A DNA stretch of 63,231 nt, the filler included, from Perkinsus chesapeaki ATCC PRA-425 (lineage: Eukaryota > Protista > Perkinsozoa): assembly GCA_013115145.1 (NCBI GenBank). It is 5 parts of 5 records of this genome, joined end to end, with 100 filler letters (N's around TTAATTAATTAA, not from the genome) between each part and the next. Parts side by side here need not be neighbours in the genome. Positions count along the whole stretch, not along the records: positions 5,613 to 29,784 come from JAAPAO010000550.1; positions 29,885 to 56,891 come from JAAPAO010000499.1; 3 more parts are not named here. One strand, given 5' to 3'. The notes below the pieces were generated by a model. That model did no database searches and was not told the DNA's origin. It saw nothing but the letters and a program-made list of their open reading frames with translations. Made by a program: the position numbers and the translations under genes. Positions 24,601 through 38,429 of the stretch are shown here, in pieces. Position 1 is the stretch's first letter; the number at the start of each line of letters is the position of its first letter.

Positions 24601-25670
24601 ACGAAGCGGAACCCTCTGACGGTCCAGCTAAGCTCGGTTGATGTGTGTAATTTGTTATGTGCACTGGGTCTGCTATCGTATCGTGCAAACGAGGTAATCT
24701 TCAGGCCTCATGAGCTCATTCTAATTCAATAAGTCATCTTTGCCAGGGTATACTTAGACTACTATGCAGTCGGCTATCGGACCAGTTGCTCCATCTCACT
24801 ATGTGTAAATCAGCGGCCATCACTGGCTGCTGCGAGCATCCTGGTCATGTCACCAACGGTACACTGGACCCAAATCCTAGCCCAGGAAGGGATTCGGAGT
24901 CGCCCGATAAGATGATGATAGCTGCCGCCCAGAGGTCCTCTATAGGCTCCACTGCACCTAGCAGTGGGGGTAGTCACTGTTATTGTCGGCTTTGGTCTTA
25001 TCGATCCCTTAGGTGCATCCCCAGGAACAATCTCGCCCATGTACTTGTCGTCCTCGACCACCAACAGGATATCGACTGCTACCTCATCGTCATCCCCAGT
25101 CACTCGTGCATCAATAGTGTCATCAGTCAGCAGCATGAGCAGTGGTAAAGGCTGTCTAAGTGTCTGTGGTGGATCAGCGGGTGGTGCTGCTGCTATGAGA
25201 TCTCTTACACATCATCACCAACAACAATTGATAATATGTTCTCCATGTGCTATCGTTAATGTGAGGCGTCTGCCGAGATGTCCTCCTTGGCCATATCAAC
25301 CTCAGGTCCTTCAAGCGTTGTACAAGTTGGAATATCGTCCTCCTGCACCTTTGATACTCTCAGTTTGCCAGTTCTTCCAGGTCTTGTTCTTTTTGTCTGT
25401 TTGTATGTATAATCGCCACTTGTCATCAGGTGCCTGTCTCGAGACTTACCGATCTCACCTCCCAAGCCTTAGTGGCATTTCTTACCACACTGCATTGGTA
25501 ACCTGTTTGCTGCGTTCTCCAAGCTACTGTGATTCTGACTCAGGTCCCTGTCTGAAGTTCTGGCTAAAGGGTCAGCAGGTCAGCAGCAGCATCACCATCG
25601 AGACTGCCAGCAATTGTCTCTGCCGTCTACGCCATCCATGTCGGCGGACCCCGATAGTCTATTGGCTGTT
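21641..25670 (+). CDS. Helical-repeat (heptatricopeptide/RAP-associated-like) protein; many exons, 3' end uncertain
   Basis: Recurrent units of about 37 aa: FDTQGVSNCLYAFG, FKPQEISNCVYALA, CRSQDISNTLYAFAK, FNMQGISNTMFALG, FKSQEIASVVNAYA. Confidence 0.7.
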
Positions 25671-26999
25671 ATAAGGAGTGCGTCGTTCTCATCTGTAATC
25701 AGTCTGGCCGCTGTTGAAATCCAGACTCGCATACATGTAAGCCTGGGGGTAATATCATCCAGCTTGAGAATGCAACCGTGAATGCCAGGAACTTGAAGTT
25801 GCTGATGTGATATCGGTCTTGAAGAGCTTCTCTAGTATAATGTCTGCCGAGGAAATTGATGACGAAATCAGCAACGAAGGGGTATAGCTTAGCCTGGTCG
25901 TTTGCTAAATCATGGGCTTGAGATACTTTGCGGCGTTCAAGACTGGCTAACACCAAGGATTCACACATTCAATCCTGAGGAGATCGCTGCTTTGTTAGAG
26001 GTGGTTAGGCTTGGAGAATAGCAGCTGTTTAATGGTGTCATGTTGTTGAGAGCAGATACTGGAGACATTTGGACCGGATAATGCCCCACTGGCTACACTT
26101 ACGCCAAGAAGGGAAAAGGCTTTATTACCGACAGGTTTAACTGATACTCCCCCGACAGATGGTGTATCCAAGAGACCAAGTCAGCAGCAGCAGCCCCTAA
26201 TAGCAGATCTACGAGGATCAGTATTGGTGAGCATCAGGCGCCAGTTTGATAAGTAGTTGTTATTCAGTTTGAAGATGATGAGAGTAACTATAATAATTGT
26301 ATAATTATGAGTAACGAAGCACCGCTGCCTAATGGTTGTACTCCTCGTCTCCATCTCACACCTGGTAGAGGTGGACGACAACAGCAACAACAAAGACCGA
26401 TGTGGTAAAATATAGTCATTAGTAATTGTGATGATACCCCTATTAATATTGATTATGCCTGATTATTCATTATCATGTACGCCCATATGCTTGAAGTCTG
26501 TTTGTTGTTGTTATGGCTGAACATGTGGCTATTGCTTGTCGTATGATTATTACCATGTCGATGGTGGCTACTGTGGGTGGTTGGTGGTGGTGGTGGTGCT
26601 ATGGCATGTTTTTGGTATAACTTGAATAAAAAAATGATATCAAACTACTACCGCGAAGATATAGAACTTTTTTGAAGTTGTAACAGCATAGTAGGTTTAG
26701 CGAGTTAAATTCATTATCCTATAGAAGAGTCGTATTGTTATTATTATTATGCATGGATATCAGATCATCATAATCATCGCTTTCTATTGTGTCGGCGCTA
26801 AGTCGCTACACGAAGTTATCTCTAGTATCACTTATAACTACTCATGATGATTGCTGTAGAATCATAGACTGATTAGGCAAAACGTTATTGGCTCATTGGT
26901 GCCCAAGATAAAGATATAGCCTGCATTCATTATCCTTCCCCATTTCACTGATGAGTGTTGCGGTTTGAAGTTGAGCATTCTTGCTCATATTGTGATTGT

Positions 27000-29420
27000 T
27001 ATCGTTGAAGGATTTGAGCAGCATTTGCGGTGGTTATTAGTAGTAACATGCTAATTAGCAAGATGATGCTTTAATTGACTCATGAAAACCTTTCTTTCTA
27101 CCTTATGTCTTGAGTTTTATGAACTACATCAGAATTCGTATTCGATTAGTCTTCGGGAGGTAATGAAGACAATACGATAAGTCTAACTGGCGTCTAAATA
27201 TGCGATTGCAGGAACTGGCCGTGGGTCCCTGCCTTCTACGCGTGCACACTGACCAGAAACCAAGGACGTCTACCACATGTGGCATTCGTTAATAACCAAG
27301 ACGTGATTTAGAAACTATCAGAAGCATTGTTTACTTATCTAACCGCTCACTACGAGCAAAATTTTATGGAGCTTATGACTGGAACATCGACAAACGGCGG
27401 TTGACAACATAGTAGTTGTTCATGCTGACTACTGCCATATTGTAGCCTCATGGGCCATGAGTCATGGCAGCCATAAGCCTTGGAAACTGATTCGGAAACA
27501 CTCCTAGAAATTCGCTGGCACATCCTCGGTGGAGGGTGATCCGCGCAGATGTCCGGGAATTCGCAAATCACGAGTTGTGAACGTTTTCAGAACGCTTTCA
27601 CTGAAGTGGCCAACATCGAATAGTTGCAACTTCACCCCCAAATCTAGGTAGATTTATCTCAGGGTGAGCAGGATTCATGTTGCTTGGACATGGTATATTG
27701 TATCTTGCTTGTATCAATTCGTTATTTTCGACCTACTTTAACAAATGCGTTATATTATGACGAGCAATGACTGCATTGAATTCTGCCACAGAGTTCTATA
27801 ACACCACTCTCGCATCTGCCCTCACTGAGTCACGGAGCGCATTGTCATGCAGTACATACAGTTCCAAGACCGGTAGTTCTGGTGTCCAAGACATCGCACT
27901 CACAGTAGCATTGCTTGAATTATGCTACTCCCTACTGGACACAACACTCACACACTGCTTTGAGACATGATAACCATAATGATGATACATGATTCACAGA
28001 AATAAACTTCTATCTATGGAGATGTTTTAAGCCTCGACAATTGAATTGACGAATTCATCGACCTTCTCAGAGTCCGACAAGGCTCGTTTCCGCATATCGT
28101 CCGTGGCAATGTCTTGAAATGTCGAAACCACGAGGAACGAACATAAATGGCCACCATGTCACAGAGTCCCATAATGTATTCTCGCCTGTGGAGCTTTTTT
28201 ACCTTTTCAAGCCTTGATACTATCAAGTTGATAGTACTAGGTTTCCTGAGGCAAGCAAAAATGATTAATGATAAATAGCTACTGCATTTTTCAAGATCTA
28301 GAAGACCTCGAAGATTTCCTACTCTTACCATGAGGAAAGTCCCCGTCGTCTTCGATTCACAAAAATCAATAGCGCATATCTGTCTCCCGCAATGTACTTC
28401 CTTCCAGATTATAGAACTGGTTCCAAAGTCCTTCCAGATCCAAATGCGAGAGCTAGGAAACACCTGAATCTCTGATTGTCGCTGTCGATCATTCGTGGGG
28501 CATCATGCTCTACTACCGAGTACTTCAATTTAAATTTTCAGATCTGGGACATCTCTCTTATCAATCCCTAGAGTCGGGATTCCGTCGAGTAGAGTCTGCT
28601 CGACCGTCCATTGCCCACCAGAGGCGAACTGTAATAAATCATTGTCTCATCTCCGTACCGTACTCTGTAACACCTCGATGAACTCGCCGTACGCCGTACC
28701 GTACTCAACCGCGGGAAACAGGAAGTGCCCAGCTATAAAGCACGTCAGATACAAAACCGTCAGAGAGGAAATACGTGCAACAACTTATGACAACAACTTA
28801 ACAACCCCGGTGGCATCAGGCAGTGACACCCTTATACATGTAATGATCCGTGTAGTCGTATAGTACTACTAAACGCGGTTGAGTAACACTTTACATGCGA
28901 TAAGGTTATATCACAGTATAAGGGCACATCCCATTAAGGTGAGTCAGAGAATATACTTGTGGGAATGAAACAACAGAGTCCGGCCCTCGCGATGGGCGTA
29001 GTTGATCTTCTAGTCTAAGATATGGTACGACGATTGTAGATGATATGCACTGAACGCAGATCAATAAGTGAGCTTTACTTTACACGTACAGCAACATGAA
29101 ATTGAATACATAAATTAATTGATGTATAATGGGGCAACATACTATGCATGGTGCTGACGAATATTACCGGGATCCCTAGTGAAGTGGCCAAAGAAGTCTT
29201 TCAGTCTCAGGTGCTTCGCATAGGTCAGCTTTAGAGGATCCTCATTGTTTAGCATTTGAAATGCCTTAGATATGAGAGGGAGGCACACTGCAGTATCGAA
29301 TTGTCGCTGATGATAGGGGTGCGATTCTGTAGAAGCATGATCATCGAGATGCCCCGGGAGAACTTCTTTGACTTTGAGAATGTAAGCGTCATCGGGATCA
29401 CTGAGAAGAGAAGACATCCC
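27000..29420 (-). CDS. Multi-exon hypothetical protein (approximate)
   Basis: Exons MSSLLSDPDDAYILKVKEVLPG..., GHFLFPAVEYGTAYGEFIEVLQ and DLEGLWNQFYNLEG. No family recognised. Confidence 0.3.
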
Positions 29421-29884
29421 GCAGTCCGGTCTCTGAATCTGGCCTCTGTGTCGGACTAGGAGAACCAGTCTCACGCGAGGTGCACCCGGTCGATTATGAA
29501 TTTACCCCTCGCAAAAAATACGTTCAAGGCCCGGACGGTCCGAGGAATCAATCCTCCGAGCTATAGTGATGCATTCGTGACGAACTAATCATCGATGGCT
29601 AGTAGACAATTGTTAAGACTTTGAACTTAGACATACAACTGACGGAATCTTACATGCTCTTTTTTATCTCTCCTCTTTTTGACCTTACATTAATCTTCAC
29701 GTCGTATTCATCTCCAATAAAATCCCATCGAACACGGGAGTGCGGGAGGAATACTCAAACCCGAAACCCGAACACACTCCAAAANNNNNNNNNNNNNNNN
29801 NNNNNNNNNNNNNNNNNNNNNNNNNNNNTTAATTAATTAANNNNNNNNNNNNNNNNNNNNNNNNNNNNNNNNNNNNNNNNNNNN

Positions 29885-30723
29885 GTTTCTAAGAATGTGT
29901 CGCACCGATTTTGCACAAATTTTTCAATTACTCACTACTGACAAGGAGTTTGGCTCTAAAACTTGGAGGATATACTTATTTTGACCAGGGAACATATCCT
30001 TGAGGTGATCGTTGATGAGTACACCTTAGTTGTTCTTAAACCCTCGAAAAACACGAGTTGATAAGAATTTGACGCGCAGTGTATATAATATTTCCACGGC
30101 GCTGTATCCAATAAAGTAACTTCTGTCTCACCTTAATGGCCGCCGCCAAACACAGACCAGTACCAGTATTCCCACTGGTAGGCTCTATAAGGGTATCACC
30201 AGGCCGGATCTGACCATCATTTGACGGAAATATGGTATAATTAAACTACCCGTCCCTCTTCCTCTGCAGCTTCTATCATTCGTAATGCTATTCTATCCTT
30301 GACACTCCCTCCTGGATTGAAGTACTCTGCCTTAGCCCACAGCTCACCTAAATCATTAATAATAGTAATACGCCAATTTGACGTGTCGTCTGATTCGAGC
30401 AAATGAACCTATCAACTTCACCAAGCCGCCAGAATCAGTGCGCAACAAATCCCATTTTCCGACGACCCACACACCCCCGGCTTACAGGGCAGATCGAATT
30501 CCTTCATGACCCTCTCCAGCTTAATCAAGGGAGTTTTGCCCACCAACTCGAGGGCACTATCGACTTTCAAACCGCTACCAGCTGCAGACGACTTCGACGT
30601 TTTGCCGAAAATTTTATGGGGGCATTCGGCGAGACCATCTCCGACTTTCCATGTGCACTTTTTGAGACCATCATAATCTGGAAATGTCATTGCGGAGTCA
30701 TCGTGGTTGAGAGGGGGAGACAT
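29885..30723 (-). CDS. CBS: Cystathionine beta-synthase, 5' part (3' end lost at contig edge)
   Basis: [33 protein letters not shown] (PLP lysine), [11 protein letters not shown], and N-terminal [14 protein letters not shown]. Confidence 0.85.
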
Positions 30724-31433
30724 TCTGATGTAAAAATGGGAAAAACTTCTCAAAAGTTAGTGAATCTTAGAAATAGGGAATAACAGAACACTTCTCCATA
30801 AACATACCCGAACATACTTATCACCAGCGGGCGGAAGGTGTAGCCATCTCTGAGGGACCCAGTCTAACTTTCATTATGGATAGCCTTGGCTAATATCTCC
30901 TCGATGAGAACTAAAAGATCAAGTAAAAGAGCTTGGAGTACATGTACTAACCAATAAAATTAAGTAAAATAGGTATTTGCTGATAATGCAAGGTGATCGA
31001 CGGCTCAAATGCAGTGAATGGCTACCACGCTAGACTTATAATATCATCTATTCCCTAAAAAATACGAAAAATTGACGATTGAAAATGAAGGTAATGATAA
31101 TTGCGAAGGTCAATCACCTTCTTAACTTCTAAAAAAGAAGACGAGCTTATCATAAGCCGACTACTAAAAATATTACTGCTGGTGAAAGCGCTGTGGTAAA
31201 GTACCCAAAATTGGTAACCATACAAACAAAGATCACACCAACAACCACAAAAATAGCGCAACATCATCGAGTACTGCAACCCCAATCATTTCCCGCGCGC
31301 CCATTAATTCACTGAACTCAACAACTTGCAACATTCACAAGCGTGCGGCGGTTCGAACCGCCTCCTCCATCCTCTCCTCTTGCCAAGGCTTCTGGCCTTC
31401 GCTGTACTTATATCAAAAATGAAATATAACAAC

Positions 31434-33953
31434 CTAATATCTCCACCACCAAGTCTGTCTGCGGATATCCCAAAGTTGAAGAAGACCATGAAGTGGGCCA
31501 ACTCCAGTCATAGTGATTTCAGCGTCATGAAGTCTGTTCCAAGCGACGCGTTGAATCTCCTCTGAGAGGGAAAAGTACACGACGACGAATGGTACATTTT
31601 GTGACGACTTACGAGAATCGATTTGATCCAGTCTTTCCACAAACTCAGCCGGCGACACTCTTCGACCGTATGCGAGGATCTGCCTGCCAATGTCCTCAGC
31701 AACCCCTGAAAATGGAAATTTTCGGAAAAGTTTTTGATGGCGGCAATGTTACTACCAGTGGTGTTGTCCAATCCCGAGAAGAAGTTGGTTTTAAGTTCAC
31801 GTTTGGCCTTCATAACTTCCTCTTCGGTGAGGGAATACGAGAAGCTTGTTACACCGAACATGAGGTCACCTGAAAAAGGAGAAAATCGAAACCGTCGGAA
31901 AATAGTTAACAAGATTTCCCATTGTTGTTGATGGAATTATATAACGTGTGGCACATAGGAGACGACGACAGCGAACCACCGTATACTTGCAGCAGCAGCA
32001 GCCGCAATCTCAAACGTCATCGACCAGCCGTATCGGATATGCTATTTAAAAGGAGCAACAGCCTCCCTGTCATACCAACAGCGTGCTCAACAGCAACCTC
32101 ATCAGTGGCGATATAGAAGCCGAATAGTCCTGTGTCTTTATAGGAAATGTTGAAGCCCGTATAGTAATCTGAAAATAAATTAAAAACCGCAAAGTACTAG
32201 TACAACTTACCAAAGCAACCAACATCCATTCTGGTAGCTCCTGTCTGAGTTATCCTATTGGCCGATTGCAAACCAGGGACCAGTCCTGAGATGGAAACAT
32301 TCCTCAAAATCGACTTCAACAATGACACGTTACATTTAAAGGGGTGGTGGTGGAATAACCACATCTACATACGCTCTCGAGGCCAAAAAACTTCCATAAA
32401 TTGTCCCCTCAATTTTTGGACTTGTTAATAATTTACCCCAGCTATTCGATAAAGAAGCATATAACCTTATATATACCACCGTATACTTCTCACCTTCATT
32501 CTTCTTATCATAACTTCCAATGATAGAGTTCATCAACATAAACGTCAGATGGTCAGGGCTTCTCCACGGCACACCTTCGTAGGCAATCGCCACGTGAGCT
32601 GTCGGGCCCATATCGTCATTCCTAACAAGCACCAAAAATGCGCCACGAAATTCGAGCGGGCTACTACCTGTACACCAACTCCGATGCGCAAAAATACGGT
32701 TTCTCCTCGAACATTCTCGGACCGGCTGTCGGACGCAACTTAGCAAACTTCTTTTCGGCCTGTAAAGGAAAATGTAAAACGTGAAACGCTTCGCTCCGCC
32801 CTACTTCCTTCACTATCTCGGCATGATCGACCGGACCAACAGCCACTAGGACCATACGATCGGCTGTGAAGTTGTTGTGCAGGTAGTTGGTCATATGGTC
32901 ACGATTGATGGTCGCAACATTCTCCTCCGGACCAATGACAGTTTGCCTGAGCAAATTGATACGATGAAATGTAAACTTGCGATAATGACACAATAATATT
33001 ATATTTTCAGCACTCCGTTTGCCTGAGGCTTATACTTGAGCCTCAGTTTTATTATTCACATCAAACGATAACGAAACGATAGCTGGTATAAAGTACAAAA
33101 GGGATTGGCAGGAATTCTCTTTCTTACAGTTCTTGCAAGGTTGCCTATTAAACCAATACCGAGCAAGTCTACTGCAGCAAGTTGAGCCAAATAGAGTACT
33201 ATTTACCCTAAAGAGCAATCCCTATAGCAGGCAGTGTGGACTTTGTCATAGAGGAGCTCTTCATAAGATTGATTAACAGCTTGGAGATCTTGGACGATCC
33301 TGATGCGCTCCTAAAGGCAACAACGAAGTAACCTCGGAAATATCTTTCAGTTTCACCTGTTCGATCTCATCAACGTCAAGCGCTGGATTCTGAATCACAT
33401 CAGCGATGATGTCAATGCAAGGAACTATGCCGTCCTTAGGAGTCTTGGCGTAAAACCTGTCGAGGTTGAAGCATGCATTTCATATGAAAAAAGATACCAC
33501 TTACGCCGACTGCTCTCTTCCTGTGTAAGAGTTCAAGTTGGCCCCCAAGTTCTCAACCTGCTTTTCAATTTGATCTCGAGATTTCGTCTTGCTGCCTTTA
33601 TACAGAACACGCTCAAGGAAGTGACCAGTACCTATTAACAAGTATCTTTTCGAGGTGCGAGATGCACGCTTCAACCTACCGTTCGATTCCTTAGTCTCGT
33701 ATCTTGACCCGGCGTCAACCCAAACGCCAACGGTCGCAGAATCAGAATAGGAAAACTGGGTCGCCACACGCATACCGTTGGAAAGCCTCGTCACCTACCA
33801 AAATCATAAAATGCATGCTTCAACCTAAGATACCACCTGAGTTGGGGCCACATTATGCATCTCATTAGTAATAGTAGAGCCCCAATAATAGCTCCTCTTA
33901 GCTTGAGTTATTAAACGAGATGAAGACGAAGATACGCAACGACTTGTCAACAT
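31434..33953 (-). CDS. PMPCB: M16B peptidase, MPP-beta/complex III core-1-like, with mitochondrial presequence
   Basis: MLTSRCVSSSSSRL presequence; TRLSNGMRVAT, VGVWVDAGSRYE, HFLER, NSYTGREQ, AHVAIAYEG and C-terminal IRRQTWWWRY. Confidence 0.9.
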
Positions 33954-34114
33954 TCCAAAGGCAACAGCAACCTTCAATATATCTTGAGCACACCTCCAAC
34001 TATCTCAATGTAAAAAGCGCGCGCCCAGATGATCGATTTCATGACCAGCACGCGCGACCAATTTCACAACACAAGGGATGGTGATAATCCGAAACATGTT
34101 GAGCTGAAACATTA

Positions 34115-36291
34115 TCATGCATTCCTTTGGTGAATGATATCTCGAATAGTTGGCTGTAGCCATTCTGGAAGGATCAGGTCTGGTTTGAGCTGAGCCTCGA
34201 GGCTTTCAAGGTTGGAAAGGCAACGTAGTGCCTCTGTATCGGTGAAGTACTGCAACCATCGAAGGAGTTCACGAGCACATGCCAGAGCGATTCGACGGCA
34301 GCGATCGTCAGCTTTGAGAGCAGCGAGATGACCTTCTTGTTGGTGGAGGATGAGGAGACAGTCTATTAGTGTGGACAGGGTCGGTGGGTCGCAATACCGG
34401 CAGCTGTAGAGTATATGGGAGAGCACTCTATCCAGCCAGTGCTCGACCGCTTCGCTAGGAGGGATGCGCAAACCGAACCTGATTACAACGATGAGGCGGT
34501 GATGGATTGCTGATGGCCTACTTCAGTGTTGCTACCAAATGCACAACTGGCCAGTCTACCATGGCGCGGTCCGTGCAGAATGCCGTCACTAATTCCACTA
34601 GACGATCGTTACTCAGTTGAAAGTGTGCCATTACGAAGGCCAAATCGGGCACACTGTGGCTATCCCAAGCAAGCCCATCGTGATACCCGACAACCTCCGC
34701 GAGATTGCCGAGGGCTTTCACGACAACTTGGCGGATTCGTGGGGAATCGATGAGCGCGTTGCCTTGTGCTGCCAGAGTAATGCCTTTGAGCATCCGCATT
34801 ATGGTGGCCGGTGGAACCAATGAGGTCGATTCGTGCATTTCATCCGACTCTAAGATACTCGCGGTTTTATCGAAGAGTTCCGGCCACCGACTGAAGACAT
34901 AGCCATGAGCGACCAGCTCACCCAGCCCATTAAGAAGGTGCGAGAGAGCAACATACGGCACCTGAATGACAACCCCGTCGCCTTACAAACAGCCTAAATG
35001 GTGAAGTGGTATAATGCAAAGCCACCCTCTGGAAGGTCCCTGGTTCAATCCCCGCCTACGGAATCAAATCCATCTATGCACTGATCCGCTATTAATTCAA
35101 ATAATCCTTCATTAACCAAACCAGCCTTCGCTGCCGCTGTTATGGCATAAACACTCGAGTTGTAAAAATTGCAATTTGCCATCGCCAAGTCGTTGCCAAT
35201 GCAAGACCGATACGACACCAGAATACTCTCCATCAATTCCGAGAACAACGACCCGTACCTACCACCACAATTTAGCTAATTTCCATCCTATTCGAAACTC
35301 ACTCGATACTCTCCAATTTCGCCAGTGCGTTTAAAAGTTGCACTCTTTCGGTCACCAAAATGTGAGCCGTTCTCTTCCGCATTCGTTTCATTATTCTCCC
35401 AATCAGCTCATCTCGCAATCTTATCAACTCCAGCTGGTCACAGTCATTATTCAATACCTTATTACGGTTAACACATATCGAAAGAGCATACCTATCACAA
35501 GGAGACAGGTCGACACAAAGAATTTGCACGCATGCGCACGTACATAATAGATCCAACATCTTCAACCTGGTCAAGATTCTTCTTAATAAAAATAACCAAA
35601 TCTTTCGCCAAGCCACCGTCCATGGGCCTGTGGCCGGCATGCAGCCTCGCCAATGTTCGGAATCCTTCAACCACCAAATTGACGTCTTCATAGGACCGCC
35701 AGTGACGTTTAAACTGAACAAAGCAAGTTCCAAGATACCAGCTTAGAGGGTTCGATAGTGGATGGTGTGTGATTCATGCCCGAGATGATGAATTCTATCA
35801 ACAAATATGATAATTAAAGTATGACGGGCATAACTCTAGACCTCCTAATAGGATATCTCAATGGTTCATAGACAGAACTGAACTGAACTGCCATACAACA
35901 TTTCACGGAAATATTAGGGACAGCTGCCGGTTGGAAGAACATTGGACACCGAAAAGCGAGCTTCGAGCTAAGATACTACTACCCTTTCTGTTAATTCCTC
36001 CACCTTCCCTAAATCTGCCCTCTCCCCATGGAACAGATTAGGTATCATTCTCCGCATATCTTGGAGCAGCCTCGCATCCTCCCCCCTAACCGGCGCCAAA
36101 ACCGTCCGCATTCGTCTGGAATTCGGTCCTGTAGAGTTCTCCTGATGATGACGTGCTCGACTTGAAAACCCACAATTCCGGGGACCCAACAACCGTCTTG
36201 AAGCCGGCCGAATTAGCATTGCGCAAATACAACTAGGGGAACTGCCACCACGCCCCAGGCGAAAACTCAACGAGATTCTTGCCGCTGCCAA
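34115..36291 (-). CDS. Helical-repeat (HPR-like) protein with Arg/Ser-rich organellar-type N-terminus; multi-exon
   Basis: MAAARISLSFRLGR... start; repeats ERVQLLNALAKL, VYAITAAAKAG, VALSHLLNGLGEL, TIMRMLKGITL. Confidence 0.5.
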
Positions 36292-36355
36292 TGTGCCTTT
36301 CTGCAGCAGTGTTGAAATTTAAAATGCAATTGTATCAATAAAATAACAGTACGTA

Positions 36356-38170
36356 TCAGCTCTCATCGTTCTCTCTTATGAACGGCAGCGCCTCGTTGAT
36401 GAAGACGTTGAAGATCCTATACCATCCTCCCGTTTCATTCCTCATATTTCGACCATATACCACCCGTAGAAGGAAGTCAGGGCACATAGCAAAGGCCCAT
36501 TCAGGCGCACCGTGTTGAACTGCCAGCAGATACAGCAACGCACTGGACCACAACAGAACTGCCTTTGGCGCGCGGTCATACATATGCCGTATCCTTGGCG
36601 ACACTCGCAACATAACACTGCAAAGTAGCATCACACCGACAACCCAAATAAGCCTCTTCCTCCACCACGGCGCCCATGACTCAGAGACGTACCGCCGAAG
36701 GTATCGTTCGGCAATTCCTGCGATCACCGGAAATATCTTTGGCTTCCCAAATCGATCAATTTCAACCAAAGGTCTCCTTCCTCGGTCATTCAATGTGCCC
36801 TGCTTGAAGCTAAGATTCGCGAAATCCTCGTCAAAGCGTGTAAGGATATCCATCATTTTCCCGCGCGCCTCAAATTTGGACATCCCTCGACATTTATCCC
36901 AGGCAAGCCAGGCCAACATCTCAGCTGGTTTCGTCACTGATGGATGAGTCGACGGAGCATCACCATGAAGAGCTTGCCGACATAACGCTGATACTTGCAG
37001 TCTCAACCGGGGACTCAACGACCTAATAGAAAGATTCTTTCTAGGTTGACTTCCGAGCCCCCCTGAAAACCATTAATTACCATACAAATATCTTGTATGA
37101 AAATTATGGTAGCTCCGCGTGATAAATTTCTATAAATTATACCGCGTGACGTTTCCTTTAATACTAGGTCGGTCCCTTGTTAAACAAGCACGACTTTGTA
37201 CCATCTCCAAGCCCAGTTTTGCCAGGCTACTTCGCAGACTACCCTCCTTTGCGCAGGACCTCTTCCAGTTATGTAAAAACTATTTGCACATTTATTATTT
37301 CTGAAAGTTCGCGAAAGCCCAACATAGAAAACTCCCCAGCTTTCGTAGTCATTACAACTATAACCAACCCGCCGCCCCTTGCCGCCCCCGCCGGCCAGTC
37401 CCAGCGTGCCCCCCGTACCACCTCGGATGTCGGTTCAAGCAGTCAACTGCAAGCCTTACTGCGTCCGTGTCACCATTATGGTCTTCAATAGCTAACCTAT
37501 TATTGGTTGATATCGGCTTGAGCCTGGTCGATTGGGGTAGGAATGCCTGCAGTCTGGTTGGTAACAATGATACCAGACCTTTGGTGGTTAGCAGACGGCG
37601 AAGTCGTGGGGAACAGCCCGCAAGGAACCGAGCACGCTCTATGTCATTCAAGTCGAAGAACTTTAGGGCTGAAAAGGGAGATATTAGCAACGGGGAGCAA
37701 GGTGGGAATTCGAGGAAGGAGCGGTATTAAAACGGGCAAGATATAATTCTATATATTAACAAAGGAACTTATGTACCCTACTCCCTCCACCATATCCGAC
37801 TCCATCAGATGAATAATTTTTTCTATTAAATGACGATAATATTTAATCTCGGAGACTTACAGAAGAGCCCGGCCATCATGAAGCCCATAGTGCTCCGTTT
37901 TAGGGCAGCTTCGATCAGCTCCAGCAATGTCCTTTCCGTTAACATCTCTCTTACTCTACTCGACACTCCACCACAATCGGACAGCTCCAGATAGACTCCC
38001 ATTAATAACATTATAATACCAAATAGAGACACCATCAAACATAACCAGACCATTGCCGGGACCACATAAACGACGGCCAAGATAATGCCGAGACCAGCAA
38101 GGATCGACCCGGCGAGCTCGAGGCTTCGGGGAGTAAGCCGAACCTCGGGAATGATTTCCATCCGAGTCGG
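36356..38170 (-). CDS. Membrane protein with an acyl-CoA-binding (ACBP) domain
   Basis: ALCRQALHGD...AWLAWDKCRGMSKFEA matches the ACBP pattern; hydrophobic TM stretches in ORFs 37826..38224 and 36356..37018. Linkage of the 5' exons is inferred. Confidence 0.6.
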
Positions 38171-38429
38171 AGTATTGGTTTTTAATTTATCGAGTGTTAA
38201 CAAAGTTGTACAAGTTGGGGGCATTCAAGAGGGAGAAGGGACTTGTAAGGGCTTAACAAAAGGAAAACGCTCCTTCGAAAAAAGCGGAGCGACGTTTTTG
38301 GTGGACTGGCGGAGCGAAACGATTCATGTTTACCATTTTGTAATTTGGCTTTGTGCTGCAGAGGTCGAAGCGTGCAAGATACAAAATAGGTTAGATACAG
38401 TTACATTACTATACTCTTGTTTCCACTGT

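Noticed and set aside
21700-26700. Numerous (AAC)n, (GTA)n and (CAG)n microsatellites and many short ORF-track entries
   Set aside because: Ordinary intronic low complexity; most short ORFs are antisense or frame shadows of spliced genes.
27270-27310. VLVINECH resembling a DExH helicase motif II
   Set aside because: Asn replaces the catalytic Asp, and no other helicase motifs were found nearby.
30840-30849. GTAGCCATCT match to the spliced leader
   Set aside because: Only 10 nt, not followed by the rest of the SL; expected by chance.
31346-31368. GGCGG-TTCGAA-CCGCC hairpin resembling a tRNA T-arm
   Set aside because: 6-nt loop, and no A-box, D-arm or anticodon arm upstream.
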